Positions 9,857-19,172 are shown, counted from the first letter of the stretch. The stretch is DNA of 64,000 nt from Eubacteriales bacterium (GCA_045541395.1 JAZQIZ010000031.1:3519-67518), one strand, 5' to 3'. Notes: generated from the sequence alone by a model not told the origin. Made by a program: numbers and translations.

Positions 9857-10608
9857 TATTTTAATACCAATTCTACAGGGCAATGATCGGACCCGAAAAT
9901 ATTTGTATGTATCTTAGCATCAAGGATACTTTCCTTAAGGCATTCGGAAACCACAAAGTAATCTATACGCCAGCCTGCGTTCTTTTCCCTTGCCTTGAAG
10001 CGATAGGACCACCAGGAATATACCCCTTCCAAATCGGGATAAAGATAACGGAAGGTATCTACAAAGCCGCTTTCAAGAAGGGCGGTGAACTTCCCTCTTT
10101 CTTCATCGGTGAAGCCTGCGTTTTTACGGTTGGTTTTGGGGTTTTTAAGGTCTATATCATTATGGGCCACGTTCAGGTCCCCGCAGAAAACCACAGGCTT
10201 TGTTTTTTCAAGACATTTAAGGTATTCTAAAAACGCATCCTCCCAATCCATACGATAGGAAAGCCTTTTCAGTTCGTCCTGAGAATTGGGGGTATAGACC
10301 GTAACAAGAAAGAAATCTTCAAATTCGCAGGTTATAACTCTGCCTTCCTTATCGTGCTCCTCCAGACCGATACCGAAGGTTACGTTAAGGGGTTTTATTT
10401 TTGTAAAAACGGCGGTTCCCGAATAACCTTTTTTTAAGGCATAGTTCCAGAATGAATGATACCCTTCAAACTGAAGATCCAATTGACCTTCCTGCATTTT
10501 TGTTTCCTGCAGGCAGAAAACATCGGCGTTCAGTTCTTTAAAAATATCCTTAAAGCCCTTTTGACAGCAGGCTCTTATTCCGTTTACGTTCCAGGACACA
10601 AGCTTCAT
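9856..10608 (-). CDS. xth: exodeoxyribonuclease III (AP endonuclease)
   Basis: [13 protein letters not shown]...CLQETK...[12 protein letters not shown]...SDHCPV. These are canonical ExoIII/EEP motifs. Confidence 0.9.
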   Translation of the reverse strand: MKLVSWNVNGIRACCQKGFKDIFKELNADVFCLQETKMQEGQLDLQFEGYHSFWNYALKKGYSGTAVFTKIKPLNVTFGIGLEEHDKEGRVITCEFEDFFLVTVYTPNSQDELKRLSYRMDWEDAFLEYLKCLEKTKPVVFCGDLNVAHNDIDLKNPKTNRKNAGFTDEERGKFTALLESGFVDTFRYLYPDLEGVYSWWSYRFKAREKNAGWRIDYFVVSECLKESILDAKIHTNIFGSDHCPVELVLK

Positions 10609-10657
10609 AATAAAATTCCTTTCAGTTTATATTCTAATTATAACAAAAGCCCCTTGA

Positions 10658-11782
10658 TTAAACAAGAGGCTTATATTTTTTATAAAGAGTATCAACTATA
10701 CTTTGCATTTTATCCCAATTTTGCTCCATACTCAGTACCAGCTTTAACTGATTCCTTGCACGGTCAAGGTTATGATCCGGACGGGAGATCTTAAAATAAG
10801 TGTCACCGTTTAAGTAATCTGCAAGGAAGCGGATACCGCATTCGAAGGTCATCATCTTGGAGGCCATAGGCAAGGTTTTGATCTCAGTTTCGGTTAAAGA
10901 ACCTGCGCAAACCGAAAGAAAGCCTTCGGCATAGGCTTCAAACATTTCAAGGCTTATTTCAACCTTGGAAAGATCGGCCTCATCCTCAGCGGCGGTATTT
11001 GCGCCAAAGCGGATGGAATCGCCAAAATCAAAGCCTATAAAGCCCGGCATAACCGTATCCAGATCTATTACGCAGACGCTCTTGTTTGTAGTACGGTCAA
11101 AAAGCACGTTATTAAGCTTGGTATCATTATGGGTCACTCTTAAAGGAAGCTTACCTTCTCTGTAAAGACTGTTAAAATAGGAGAAATCATTTTCTCTTTC
11201 CTTTACAAACTGCAGTTCCTTTTCAACCAGCCCTTTTCTGCCTGCAATATTTTGTTCCTTTGCATCGTAAAGCTGCTGAAGACGTGCTTCGTTATTATGA
11301 AAATCGGGAATTGTTTCACAAAGAATTTCGGCAGTAAAGCCTTCAAGGTCCTTCGCAAAGCGGCCGAAGGCCTCGGCAGACTCACGAAACATCTGAGGGT
11401 TTTCGGGGAAGTCGTAAGATACACTGTTGGCAACAAACATAAAGGCGCGCCAGTAATCGCCGCTATCATTTAAAAAGTAATACTCGCCTTTTTTTGTGGG
11501 AACCAGAGTTAATATCTCGTTACGGGCATTTACAGGGCAATGCTTGCTTTTAAGGTATCTTGTTACTTTGACCATATTATCCATAAGCCCGTGAACGTTT
11601 TTAAATACGTTATGGTTTATGCGCTGGAGAATATAAGCGGGAACAACCTCGTTTTCCCTTTTTACTGTTACAAGGTAGGTATCGTTAATATGGCCGCTGC
11701 CATAACTGCCGAGGGAAACGAACTCCCCGTCAAATTCAAATAATTCTACTGCCTTTATGGCATCTGACATTCTTTTTTGCAT
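10658..11782 (-). CDS. APH-fold sugar kinase, N-acetylhexosamine 1-kinase (NahK)-like
   Basis: Catalytic loop HNDTKLNNVLFD followed by VIDLDTVMPG, as I remember it for NahK-type kinases. Start moved to the ATG at 11782, which has a GGAGG 5 nt upstream. Confidence 0.6.
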   Translation of the reverse strand: MQKRMSDAIKAVELFEFDGEFVSLGSYGSGHINDTYLVTVKRENEVVPAYILQRINHNVFKNVHGLMDNMVKVTRYLKSKHCPVNARNEILTLVPTKKGEYYFLNDSGDYWRAFMFVANSVSYDFPENPQMFRESAEAFGRFAKDLEGFTAEILCETIPDFHNNEARLQQLYDAKEQNIAGRKGLVEKELQFVKERENDFSYFNSLYREGKLPLRVTHNDTKLNNVLFDRTTNKSVCVIDLDTVMPGFIGFDFGDSIRFGANTAAEDEADLSKVEISLEMFEAYAEGFLSVCAGSLTETEIKTLPMASKMMTFECGIRFLADYLNGDTYFKISRPDHNLDRARNQLKLVLSMEQNWDKMQSIVDTLYKKYKPLV

Positions 11783-11901
11783 TGATTCCTCCGAGCTTTT
11801 TATGCAAATATATTGACACTTTAACAAGGTTAGTTTACAATAAATTGAAGGGTTTGTCTATATATCCCCGTATTTATTATTTATATAAAAGGATTTTTAA
11901 T

Positions 11902-12777
11902 ATGTTTACTGAAACGTTAATTGAAAACGTGTTTAAGATCGACGGTATTTACACTGTGCATTATTTTGATTACACAAAGGATTTTAACTTTGAGGGTGAG
12001 AGCCATGATTTTTGGGAGCTTGTTTTTATAGACAGCGGCTCGGCTCTGGTTACTGCCGAAAACCGATGCTTTGACATTTTAAGCGGTCAGGCTGTTTTTC
12101 ACCGCCCCGGTGAGTTCCACTCCATTAAGGCAAACGGCAATTACGCAGGGGTAGTTATTATAACCTTCTCCACAAAAAGCCCCAACGCCAAATATCTTGA
12201 AGGGCTTTCCTTAAAACTGAACAGTGAGCAAAGAGATTGCATTTCCCGTATTTTAACCGAGGCCTCCAAAACCTTTGCAGGGCCTATGGATATTGTTGAC
12301 CAGAAGGCACTTATTACGCTTTCGGACGCGCCCTTCGGTGCGCTTCAGTTAATAGGTCTTTCCCTGGAGCAGCTTGTTATAAGCATTATACGCACCCTCA
12401 CTCAGAAGGAGAATACCGTTACTTCCGAAGCAAAAACCAAGGATAACGTAATAGTAACAAAAATACAGAAAATGCTGGAGGAGAACCTTTACGGGCAAAT
12501 AAGCCTTGACAGAATAAGCGAAGAGCTTAACTTTTCAAAGTCTTACCTGAAGACCCACTTCAAAGCCGTCACCGGCTACAGCATTTATCAAACCTACATT
12601 CAAATGAAAATTTCCTTATCAAAGAAGCTTTTGGCGGAAGGGAACTGTACTGTTACCCAAATAAGTGATATGCTTTCCTTCAGCTCGGTGCATCATTTCT
12701 CAAAAACCTTCAGCAAGTACGTTGGTATGCCGCCTGTTGTTTACGCACGCTCTGTTAAAGGCCGAGCTCTTCTTTAA
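11902..12777 (+). CDS. AraC-family transcriptional regulator (cupin + HTH)
   Basis: N-terminal cupin-like sensor and a C-terminal AraC HTH (SLDRISEELNFSKSYLKTHFKAVTG...HHFSKTFSKYVGMPP). Start moved to the ATG at 11902. The TTG/ATT-rich upstream extension has no ribosome-binding site. Confidence 0.8.
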   Translation: MFTETLIENVFKIDGIYTVHYFDYTKDFNFEGESHDFWELVFIDSGSALVTAENRCFDILSGQAVFHRPGEFHSIKANGNYAGVVIITFSTKSPNAKYLEGLSLKLNSEQRDCISRILTEASKTFAGPMDIVDQKALITLSDAPFGALQLIGLSLEQLVISIIRTLTQKENTVTSEAKTKDNVIVTKIQKMLEENLYGQISLDRISEELNFSKSYLKTHFKAVTGYSIYQTYIQMKISLSKKLLAEGNCTVTQISDMLSFSSVHHFSKTFSKYVGMPPVVYARSVKGRALL

Positions 12778-13696
12778 CAAAAATACGGTTTGTTAAGGAA
12801 AGGCTTTGGCCGGGCTTTACTTCAAGTACGCCGTAATTACCCTTGCCTTCCTCCAGATAAACAGGAGCATTGGAAATGAAGGTCTGAGGTTCAAGGCCAA
12901 TAAAGCCGCGGTTGGCATTATCATTCCAGATGACCCAATATAAATACTTTTCATCCGCCTTATAGCAAACGGATACGCCTTCTGATATATCGGTTAGAGT
13001 CAGAAGGTTTTCTTTTTTCATATCCCGATTATAAAGCATATCTATCTGCTTTTCAAGGGGAGCTACGCCCTCGTTTAGCATACCTTCTTCAAATGAGCTT
13101 AAAGGCTCGTTTTCAAGGGCAGGATAAAGCTTTTCGTTTAGCTTACACCTTGTGCTTACAGGAACCTTAAGGCGCAGATCCTCCTTTTTTGAGCCTTCAG
13201 AAAATGGGATATTAAATGCAGTATGATAAGAAAGGCCAAAAGGCAAACTGTAGCTTTCTCCGTTTTTTACGGTGAAGGTTTGAGTGAGGCCGTTTTCATT
13301 AAGGGAGTATTCAATATAAAACTCGCATTTTAAGCCAAAGCCTTTTTCTATTGCCTTGTTGTCCTTGGCCGTCACCTTAAGGCGAACAGAAGAATCGGTT
13401 TTACTTTCTACCTGCCAGGGACAGTTATGAAGCACTCCGTGAAGGCAGGCGCCGTCGGGCATATTTACAGGGTAAGAAAATTCCCTGCCCTTATAATTAA
13501 AGCGGGCGCCGCTTATTTTATTTGGAGGGCAAAGAATGGGGATGCCATAGGAGTACGGGTCATTTTTTAATATCTCGGCGCTTTCGGGGGTATGAAGAAT
13601 ATTATAATTCTTAAACCTGAGGCTTATTAAATTTGCGCCCATGTCCGGTAATAATGCGGCGGAATAACCGCCGCCGTTTATTGTTACTGTATTCAT
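12755..13696 (-). CDS. aldose 1-epimerase family protein (LacX-like)
   Basis: 313 aa with the mutarotase-fold pattern (GANLISL, YGIPILCPPN, HGVLHN..PWQVE). The 3' end overlaps the convergent AraC gene by 23 nt. Confidence 0.7.
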   Translation of the reverse strand: MNTVTINGGGYSAALLPDMGANLISLRFKNYNILHTPESAEILKNDPYSYGIPILCPPNKISGARFNYKGREFSYPVNMPDGACLHGVLHNCPWQVESKTDSSVRLKVTAKDNKAIEKGFGLKCEFYIEYSLNENGLTQTFTVKNGESYSLPFGLSYHTAFNIPFSEGSKKEDLRLKVPVSTRCKLNEKLYPALENEPLSSFEEGMLNEGVAPLEKQIDMLYNRDMKKENLLTLTDISEGVSVCYKADEKYLYWVIWNDNANRGFIGLEPQTFISNAPVYLEEGKGNYGVLEVKPGQSLSLTNRIFVKEELGL

Positions 13697-13700
13697 ATTC

Positions 13701-14387
13701 TTAACCCAGCAGGCCTGCGGGAGCAGCCTTTAACATTTTGGGAAATTCGTCGGTTCCGAAAATGGAAACGCCCTGTTCAACACACTTTAACATTTCCTCT
13801 ACGCTATGAGTGCCGCATCTTTTAAGCTTTAAGCTGCCTTCCTTGATTTCCTTTGCAAAGCGCTCAACCACAAAATCATGTTCGGTGTAATACTTAAAGT
13901 AATCGCCTTTGCCTTCCATAATATATTCGCCGAATCTTGTAAGCTCATCGGTAGTGGGGCGCAAGGGGTTTGTAGCGTCATACGGCATAAACACTATAAA
14001 CTTGGTAACTGTATTGGGGTTGGCGTCTTTTGCGGCCTTTACAATATCGGCGATCTCTTCTTTAACGTAAGAATACTCACCGTTACGCATACGTGAAAAG
14101 TTTACCACAACGTCAATATCATCGGCGCCTTTCTTTATAGCGTCTACCGCTTCGAATATTTTAGCCTCCTTGGTACCTGCGCCCTGAGGAAAGCTGATAA
14201 CCGCCGAGATCTTTGCTCTGCCTTCAAAATAAGATTTAACGTATTCTATTTTATCGCCGTTAACGCAAAGAGAACGAAAACCGTAGTCAAGCACCTCGTC
14301 TGCCCATTTCTTTATTTCCTCGTTAGGGAAGATATGGCCTAAGGGAGAATGATCCTGCATTGCGCATAGTTCTTTTAACGTAAGCAT
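13701..14387 (-). CDS. DeoC/LacD-family class I aldolase-like protein
   Basis: The pattern LCVN...ISAVISFPQGAGTKEAKIFEAVDAIKKGADDIDVVVN...TKFIVF matches the deoxyribose-phosphate aldolase core. The N- and C-termini are divergent. Confidence 0.5.
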   Translation of the reverse strand: MLTLKELCAMQDHSPLGHIFPNEEIKKWADEVLDYGFRSLCVNGDKIEYVKSYFEGRAKISAVISFPQGAGTKEAKIFEAVDAIKKGADDIDVVVNFSRMRNGEYSYVKEEIADIVKAAKDANPNTVTKFIVFMPYDATNPLRPTTDELTRFGEYIMEGKGDYFKYYTEHDFVVERFAKEIKEGSLKLKRCGTHSVEEMLKCVEQGVSIFGTDEFPKMLKAAPAGLLG

Positions 14388-14476
14388 AATTAAAGCCTCC
14401 TTTTTTTACTTATATTATATACGGAGCTTTAGTTTTTCTCTTTAGATAAAAGGACTCCTGATTTGCACCAAAGGAT

Positions 14477-14501
14477 AAAAGGCTCCGTAACGGAGCCTTT
14501 T
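14477..14501 (-). terminator. terminator downstream of spoVM
   Basis: Stem aaaaggctccg (14477-14487) with cggagcctttt (14491-14501), immediately after the spoVM stop. Confidence 0.55.
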
Positions 14502-14504
14502 ATA

Positions 14505-14573
14505 TTACATCTTGAATATAGCTTTGAGAATACCGCGCAGACACTTTGGGGATCTAAAAACCAGCACCTTCAT
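14505..14573 (-). CDS. spoVM: stage V sporulation protein M-like peptide (22 aa)
   Basis: MKVLVFRSPKCLRGILKAIFKM resembles B. subtilis SpoVM (MKFYTIKLPKFLGGIVRAMLGSFRKD). AGGAGGT lies 7 nt upstream of the ATG at 14573 and a terminator follows. The track hides it inside a spurious 80-aa ORF. Confidence 0.6.
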   Translation of the reverse strand: MKVLVFRSPKCLRGILKAIFKM

Positions 14574-14584
14574 ATATGTACCTC

Positions 14585-14737
14585 CTAATGCTTTAAGAGG
14601 CAACAGCCCAGAGCCAGAACCAAAAGCGAAAGAACGAATATAACCGCCGAAGAGGGAACTACAGCCGACCCGATAACTCCTATGCTTATGCCTATTACAA
14701 GGCAGCCGCAACCCATACCCTTTCCTTTCATTTTCAT
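14585..14737 (-). CDS. possible 50-aa hydrophobic peptide
   Basis: ATG at 14737, with GAGGTG 9 nt upstream, gives MKMKGKGMGCGCLVIGISIGVIGSAVVPSSAVIFVLSLLVLALGCCLLKH. Its TAG (14585-14587) overlaps the spoVM Shine-Dalgarno. It is below the length cut-off of the ORF track. Confidence 0.35.
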   Translation of the reverse strand: MKMKGKGMGCGCLVIGISIGVIGSAVVPSSAVIFVLSLLVLALGCCLLKH

Positions 14738-14823
14738 TTGCCATCACCTCTACAATATACTATGCATAATGCCCTTATAAGGTTAATATACTTTAGTAAA
14801 ACTTTAAAAAGGGTGTTGATAAT

Positions 14824-16320
14824 ATGAATACGGCAGATTTGGTTTTGAAGGACACTTTATTTGAGGCCTGTGTTGAACATATAAACGAATGCGAAGCGAT
14901 AATCCCCGATTATTACCCTGAAATATTCAGGGTGGTGAGGGCTCAGGCACAGCCGCTCATACAAAAAGCTTCGCTTATTAACGGGCGTATTACCTTACAG
15001 GGGCAGATACTTTACAGCATTTTATATTTGCCCTCCGACGGCAAAGGGCTCTGTTCATTTTCAAAAAAGGAGCCGTTTTCCTGTACTTATAATTCCGACG
15101 CCGAAGGTCTTTATATAGGAACAGCCAAGGCGCAATACGTTGGCTGTAAGCTGATAGCGCCCAGAAAGGCGGTGCTGAAGGCAGTTTTGGGAGTAAGCCT
15201 CAAGGTTGAAGGAAAAAATGAAAAGAAAATAACACCTTTGGCCGACAAAAGCATTATTGCCCTTAACCGGAAAATAAGTATAAGCAGACCTGTTTCCCAG
15301 GGAGAAAAGCTTTTCAAAATAACCGATGAGCAGGAAATAAAGGATAACGTTGGTGCGCCGATCTACACGGACGTAATGCCGATCCTTAAGGAAACGAAGA
15401 TACTTAAGGGTAAGCTTATAATTACGGGCGAGATGCTTATAAAGACCCTTTACGTTAACTGCAACGATGAGATAAAAGAGAGCTTTCAGTCATTTGTTTT
15501 TTCGCAGATCATGGACGTCCAGGGGGCTTCGGAAGGTGATTCGGTGGAGTGTTATATTACGGTTTGCGATATAGAAAGTAAGCTTGCCCACGGGGATAAA
15601 GAGGGGCTATCGGTAATTGAGTATGATATTACCGCCCTTTTGCAGGTGCTTGTTTGCAAGGATGAAGAAACGCAAATTATTGCCGACTGCTTTTGCATTG
15701 ATAACGAGACGGAGCTTAAAAAGGAAAGAGCAGTTTTTATTAAAAATTGCGGGAAGGTTGAAGGCACCGTTAAAATAAGCTCTGCCTTACAGTTTCCCGA
15801 CGGAATAAACTATCCTGTAGATGCAGGCGGGGTAGTTCGAACAGATACCTGCACTCATTCCGGGCGGTTACTCAGGATAACGGGGAGTATTGAGCTGCAG
15901 CTTTTATACTTCAACAGTGAAAATGAGCTTCAAAGCGCCCAGAGGCAAATTCCCTTTGAGGCAGAGTATGCTACGGATGAGCTTAACAATATTACCTGCC
16001 GCCCTTACTGTTTACTTACCGGCTGTACAGTAAGCCCTGTAAGTGAAAACGAAGCAAAGCTGAGCCTTTCTGTTTACACAAGAGGGCTCCTTGAAGAGAA
16101 AATTACAGGAGAATACGTAAGCAGCCTTAAGATACTTACCGAAAGCCCCCGAAAAGGAAAGGCTTTGCCGCCCCTCTCACTTTATTTTGCAAGGAAAAAC
16201 GAGTCTCTTTGGGATATTGCAAAGCAATTTAACGTAAGCCCGCAGCGAATAAAGGATCTTAATAACTGCGGGGATATTCTTGAAACGGACGTAAGCCTGC
16301 TATTACCGCGAATAATGTAA
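14824..16320 (+). CDS. LysM-domain spore-morphogenesis-type protein (SipL/SpoVID-like architecture)
   Basis: 498 aa with a repetitive beta-rich body and a C-terminal LysM (LYFARKNESLWDIAKQFNVSPQRIKDLNN...LLLP). Divergent from spoVM. Confidence 0.55.
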   Translation: MNTADLVLKDTLFEACVEHINECEAIIPDYYPEIFRVVRAQAQPLIQKASLINGRITLQGQILYSILYLPSDGKGLCSFSKKEPFSCTYNSDAEGLYIGTAKAQYVGCKLIAPRKAVLKAVLGVSLKVEGKNEKKITPLADKSIIALNRKISISRPVSQGEKLFKITDEQEIKDNVGAPIYTDVMPILKETKILKGKLIITGEMLIKTLYVNCNDEIKESFQSFVFSQIMDVQGASEGDSVECYITVCDIESKLAHGDKEGLSVIEYDITALLQVLVCKDEETQIIADCFCIDNETELKKERAVFIKNCGKVEGTVKISSALQFPDGINYPVDAGGVVRTDTCTHSGRLLRITGSIELQLLYFNSENELQSAQRQIPFEAEYATDELNNITCRPYCLLTGCTVSPVSENEAKLSLSVYTRGLLEEKITGEYVSSLKILTESPRKGKALPPLSLYFARKNESLWDIAKQFNVSPQRIKDLNNCGDILETDVSLLLPRIM

Positions 16321-16350
16321 AAAAAGCTCCGCCAAAGCGGAGCCTTTTTT
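16321..16350. terminator. bidirectional terminator
   Basis: A-run, then stem gctccgc (16326-16332) with gcggagc (16337-16343), then T-run. Sits between convergent genes. Confidence 0.6.
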
Positions 16351-17356
16351 ATTCAAAAGAATATATTGTAGTGCTTTCGTAGGTTTCCCCTGCCTTCAGA
16401 ACGCAGGAGGGGAAGTTTTTCTTATTGGGAGAATCGGGGAAATGCTGAGTTTCAAGGCAAAATCCCTGATATTGGCCGTAAACACAACCGTTTTTGCCTG
16501 ATTTTGAAGAAAGGCCGTTGCCGGTATAAAGCTGAACGCCGGGTTCGGTGGTATCGCAATACATTGTTATGCCGCTATGGGGAGAATAAGCCTTTACTGC
16601 GCGGCGCATTTCATTATCCGGCCCTAAAACAAAGTTATGGTCATAACCGCCGCCAATAATAAGCTGCGGGTGTTTTCCTTCAATATCCCTGCCTATGGCC
16701 TTGGGGGAAGTGAAATCAAATTCTGTACCCTTAACGCTCATAAAATCCCCGGTAGGAATAAGAAGTTCATCTACGGGAGTAATACTCTCGGCGTTGATCT
16801 CAAGGAGGGTGGAAAGAACATTTTGGCCCGCAAAGCCATTTAAATTAAAGTAGGAATGGTTAGTAAGATTTATTACCGTGTCCTTATCGGAAGCGGCCTT
16901 ATAGTTAAGAGAAAGTGCGTTACCGGAGACGGTAAAGGTAACAAAAACCTTAAGATTTCCCGGGTAGCCTTCTTCACCGTCCTTTGAAAAATAAGACATC
17001 CTAACCGAGTTTTCCGAAAGGATCTCACCTTCCCATATACAGTCCTTAAACCCTTTTTTGCCGCCGTGAAGATGGCCGCGGCCCGCTTCGTTACAGCCAA
17101 CGTTATACTCCCTGCCGTTCAGGCTGAATATACCCTTAGCAATACGGTTTGCATAACGGCCCACAGTAGAGCCTAAATATCCTTCCTCGCTAATATAGGA
17201 ATCAAGAGTATCGTAACCCAATACCACGTCGGTATCCTTAAAAATAAGGTTGGTTATGGCAGCGCCGTAGGTTATAACTGAAACAGAAAGGGAATTTGAA
17301 GTTATTGTATATTTCTCGGCATTGCCGAATTTGGTTATTTGAACAGACATAAGCAC
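16349..17356 (-). CDS. galM: galactose mutarotase (aldose 1-epimerase)
   Basis: GSTVGRYANRIAKGIFSLNGREY...HLHGG...FCLETQHFPDSPN. This is the classical GalM signature. Confidence 0.85.
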   Translation of the reverse strand: MLMSVQITKFGNAEKYTITSNSLSVSVITYGAAITNLIFKDTDVVLGYDTLDSYISEEGYLGSTVGRYANRIAKGIFSLNGREYNVGCNEAGRGHLHGGKKGFKDCIWEGEILSENSVRMSYFSKDGEEGYPGNLKVFVTFTVSGNALSLNYKAASDKDTVINLTNHSYFNLNGFAGQNVLSTLLEINAESITPVDELLIPTGDFMSVKGTEFDFTSPKAIGRDIEGKHPQLIIGGGYDHNFVLGPDNEMRRAVKAYSPHSGITMYCDTTEPGVQLYTGNGLSSKSGKNGCVYGQYQGFCLETQHFPDSPNKKNFPSCVLKAGETYESTTIYSFE

Positions 17357-17445
17357 TCTCCTTTTTTTTCTTTATAATACGCTAAGAAGAAAGGTTTGTC
17401 AATGAACAGTTGCCTTTTCGGGTGAAATTATGTTATTATAATAAT

Positions 17446-18099
17446 ATGAAATACGAAAATATAAAAAAAGCAAAATTTATAGAAAGGCCAAACCGTTTTA
17501 TTGCAGAAATTGAACTGAAAGGAAAGCGGATTTTTGCCCACGTTAAAAATACCGGCCGCTGCAAAGAGTTACTTATACCGGGCTGTGATATCTGGGTGCA
17601 GGAGCATAATGACCCTAAAAGGAAAACGCCCTGCTCTGTAATAACCGTATCAAAAAAGGGGCAGTTATTTAATATTGACAGCCAGGCGCCCAATGCAGTT
17701 TACGCGGAATATTTATTAAAGCAGAACGTGAAATTCAAGCAGGAGGTCAAATGGGGCACTTCTCGGTTTGATTTTAAGACCGACCAAGGTTTTACGGAAA
17801 TAAAGGGAGTTACTCTTGATGAAGAAGGGATAGCCCTTTTCCCTGATGCGCCCACAGAAAGAGGTGCCAGACACCTAAGGGAGCTTACTGACCTTAAAAA
17901 AGAGGGGCTTGAAGCCAAGGTGGTATTTATATTGGCCTACAAAGGGGCAAAATACTTTACCCCAAACAAAAAAAGAGACCCTGAATTTACCCGCGCACTT
18001 AAGGAAGCAGGAGAGGCGGGAGTTGAAATTAAGGCTCTTGAATGCGAAATTACCCCTGAATCATTAGAAATTTCGGGGGAAATACCTGTTTATTATTGA
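17446..18099 (+). CDS. sfsA: sugar fermentation stimulation protein SfsA
   Basis: KFIERPNRFIAEIEL...HVKNTGRCKELL...FPDAPTERGARHL. Start moved to the ATG at 17446. Confidence 0.85.
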   Translation: MKYENIKKAKFIERPNRFIAEIELKGKRIFAHVKNTGRCKELLIPGCDIWVQEHNDPKRKTPCSVITVSKKGQLFNIDSQAPNAVYAEYLLKQNVKFKQEVKWGTSRFDFKTDQGFTEIKGVTLDEEGIALFPDAPTERGARHLRELTDLKKEGLEAKVVFILAYKGAKYFTPNKKRDPEFTRALKEAGEAGVEIKALECEITPESLEISGEIPVYY

Positions 18100-18157
18100 T
18101 TTTCCTTTTGAATAATTATATAATAACTTATTATGAAACAAATTAGGAAGTGATAAA

Positions 18158-19171
18158 ATGAGCAAGCTTTTTATACCTGAAGGCTATAAGCCTGCCCTTT
18201 CTCTTTACGATACCCAGAAGGCTATTGGCCTTATTAAGCGTCTTTTTGCCGACACCCTTAGCGCCGCTTTAAATATAAGCCGCGTTTCCTCTCCCCTTTT
18301 TGTTGAAAGTGATTCCGGCCTTAACGATGACCTTAACGGTGTTGAAAGAGCGGTTGCCTTTGATATTAAGGATACCAACAAGGAAGCTCAGGTAGTTCAT
18401 TCTTTGGCAAAATGGAAGCGCCTTGCGTTAAAAGAATACGATTTTCATATTGGCAAGGGCCTTTACTGCGATATGAACGCTATTCGACGCGATGAGGAGC
18501 TTGATAATATTCATTCCATATACGTTGACCAGTGGGACTGGGAAAAGGCAATAAACAAGGAAGACAGAACCGAGGCGTATTTACGAAAGACGGTTGAGGA
18601 TATTGTTGATTCCATTTACCGCACCGCCGTTACCCTGCGCTCTATTTTCCCTCAGCTTGCCACCACCCCTATGATCCACCGAAACATTACCTTTATTACT
18701 ACCCAGGAATTAGAAGATATGTACCCCGATCTTACTCCCAAGGAAAGGGAGAACGCAATTTGCAAGGAGCACAACACTGTATTTTTAATGCAGATAGGCA
18801 AGGTTTTAAATTCCGGCCAAAAACACGACGGCAGAGCCCCCGACTACGATGACTGGGAATTAAACGGTGACCTTTTATTCTGGAACCACACCTTAGGCCA
18901 GGCGTTTGAAATTTCCTCTATGGGAATAAGAGTAAGCCCTGAATCGTTAGACAGGCAGTTAACTTTGGCAAACTGCGATCACAGAAGAAATTACCCCTTC
19001 CACAAGGCGCTTTTAAAGGGTGAACTTCCCTACTCTATAGGCGGCGGCATTGGCCAGAGCCGTTTATGTATGCTCCTTATGGGCAGCGCACATATAGGCG
19101 AGGTTCAATCCTCCATTTGGGATAACGCAACCTTGGAAGGCTGTAAAAAAGCAGGAATACATATTTTATAA
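18158..19171 (+). CDS. asnA: aspartate-ammonia ligase (asparagine synthetase A)
   Basis: 337 aa. YDTQKAIGLIKRLF...DQWDWEK...GGGIGQSRLCMLLL-type motifs typical of AsnA. Confidence 0.9.
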   Translation: MSKLFIPEGYKPALSLYDTQKAIGLIKRLFADTLSAALNISRVSSPLFVESDSGLNDDLNGVERAVAFDIKDTNKEAQVVHSLAKWKRLALKEYDFHIGKGLYCDMNAIRRDEELDNIHSIYVDQWDWEKAINKEDRTEAYLRKTVEDIVDSIYRTAVTLRSIFPQLATTPMIHRNITFITTQELEDMYPDLTPKERENAICKEHNTVFLMQIGKVLNSGQKHDGRAPDYDDWELNGDLLFWNHTLGQAFEISSMGIRVSPESLDRQLTLANCDHRRNYPFHKALLKGELPYSIGGGIGQSRLCMLLMGSAHIGEVQSSIWDNATLEGCKKAGIHIL

Positions 19172-19172
19172 T

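Noticed and set aside
14505-14747. 80-aa minus-strand ORF from the track
   Set aside because: The sequence is arbitrary, basic and Gly-rich, and has no family resemblance. The same DNA is better explained by a 22-codon spoVM-like ORF with a strong Shine-Dalgarno, plus a 50-codon hydrophobic ORF in another frame.
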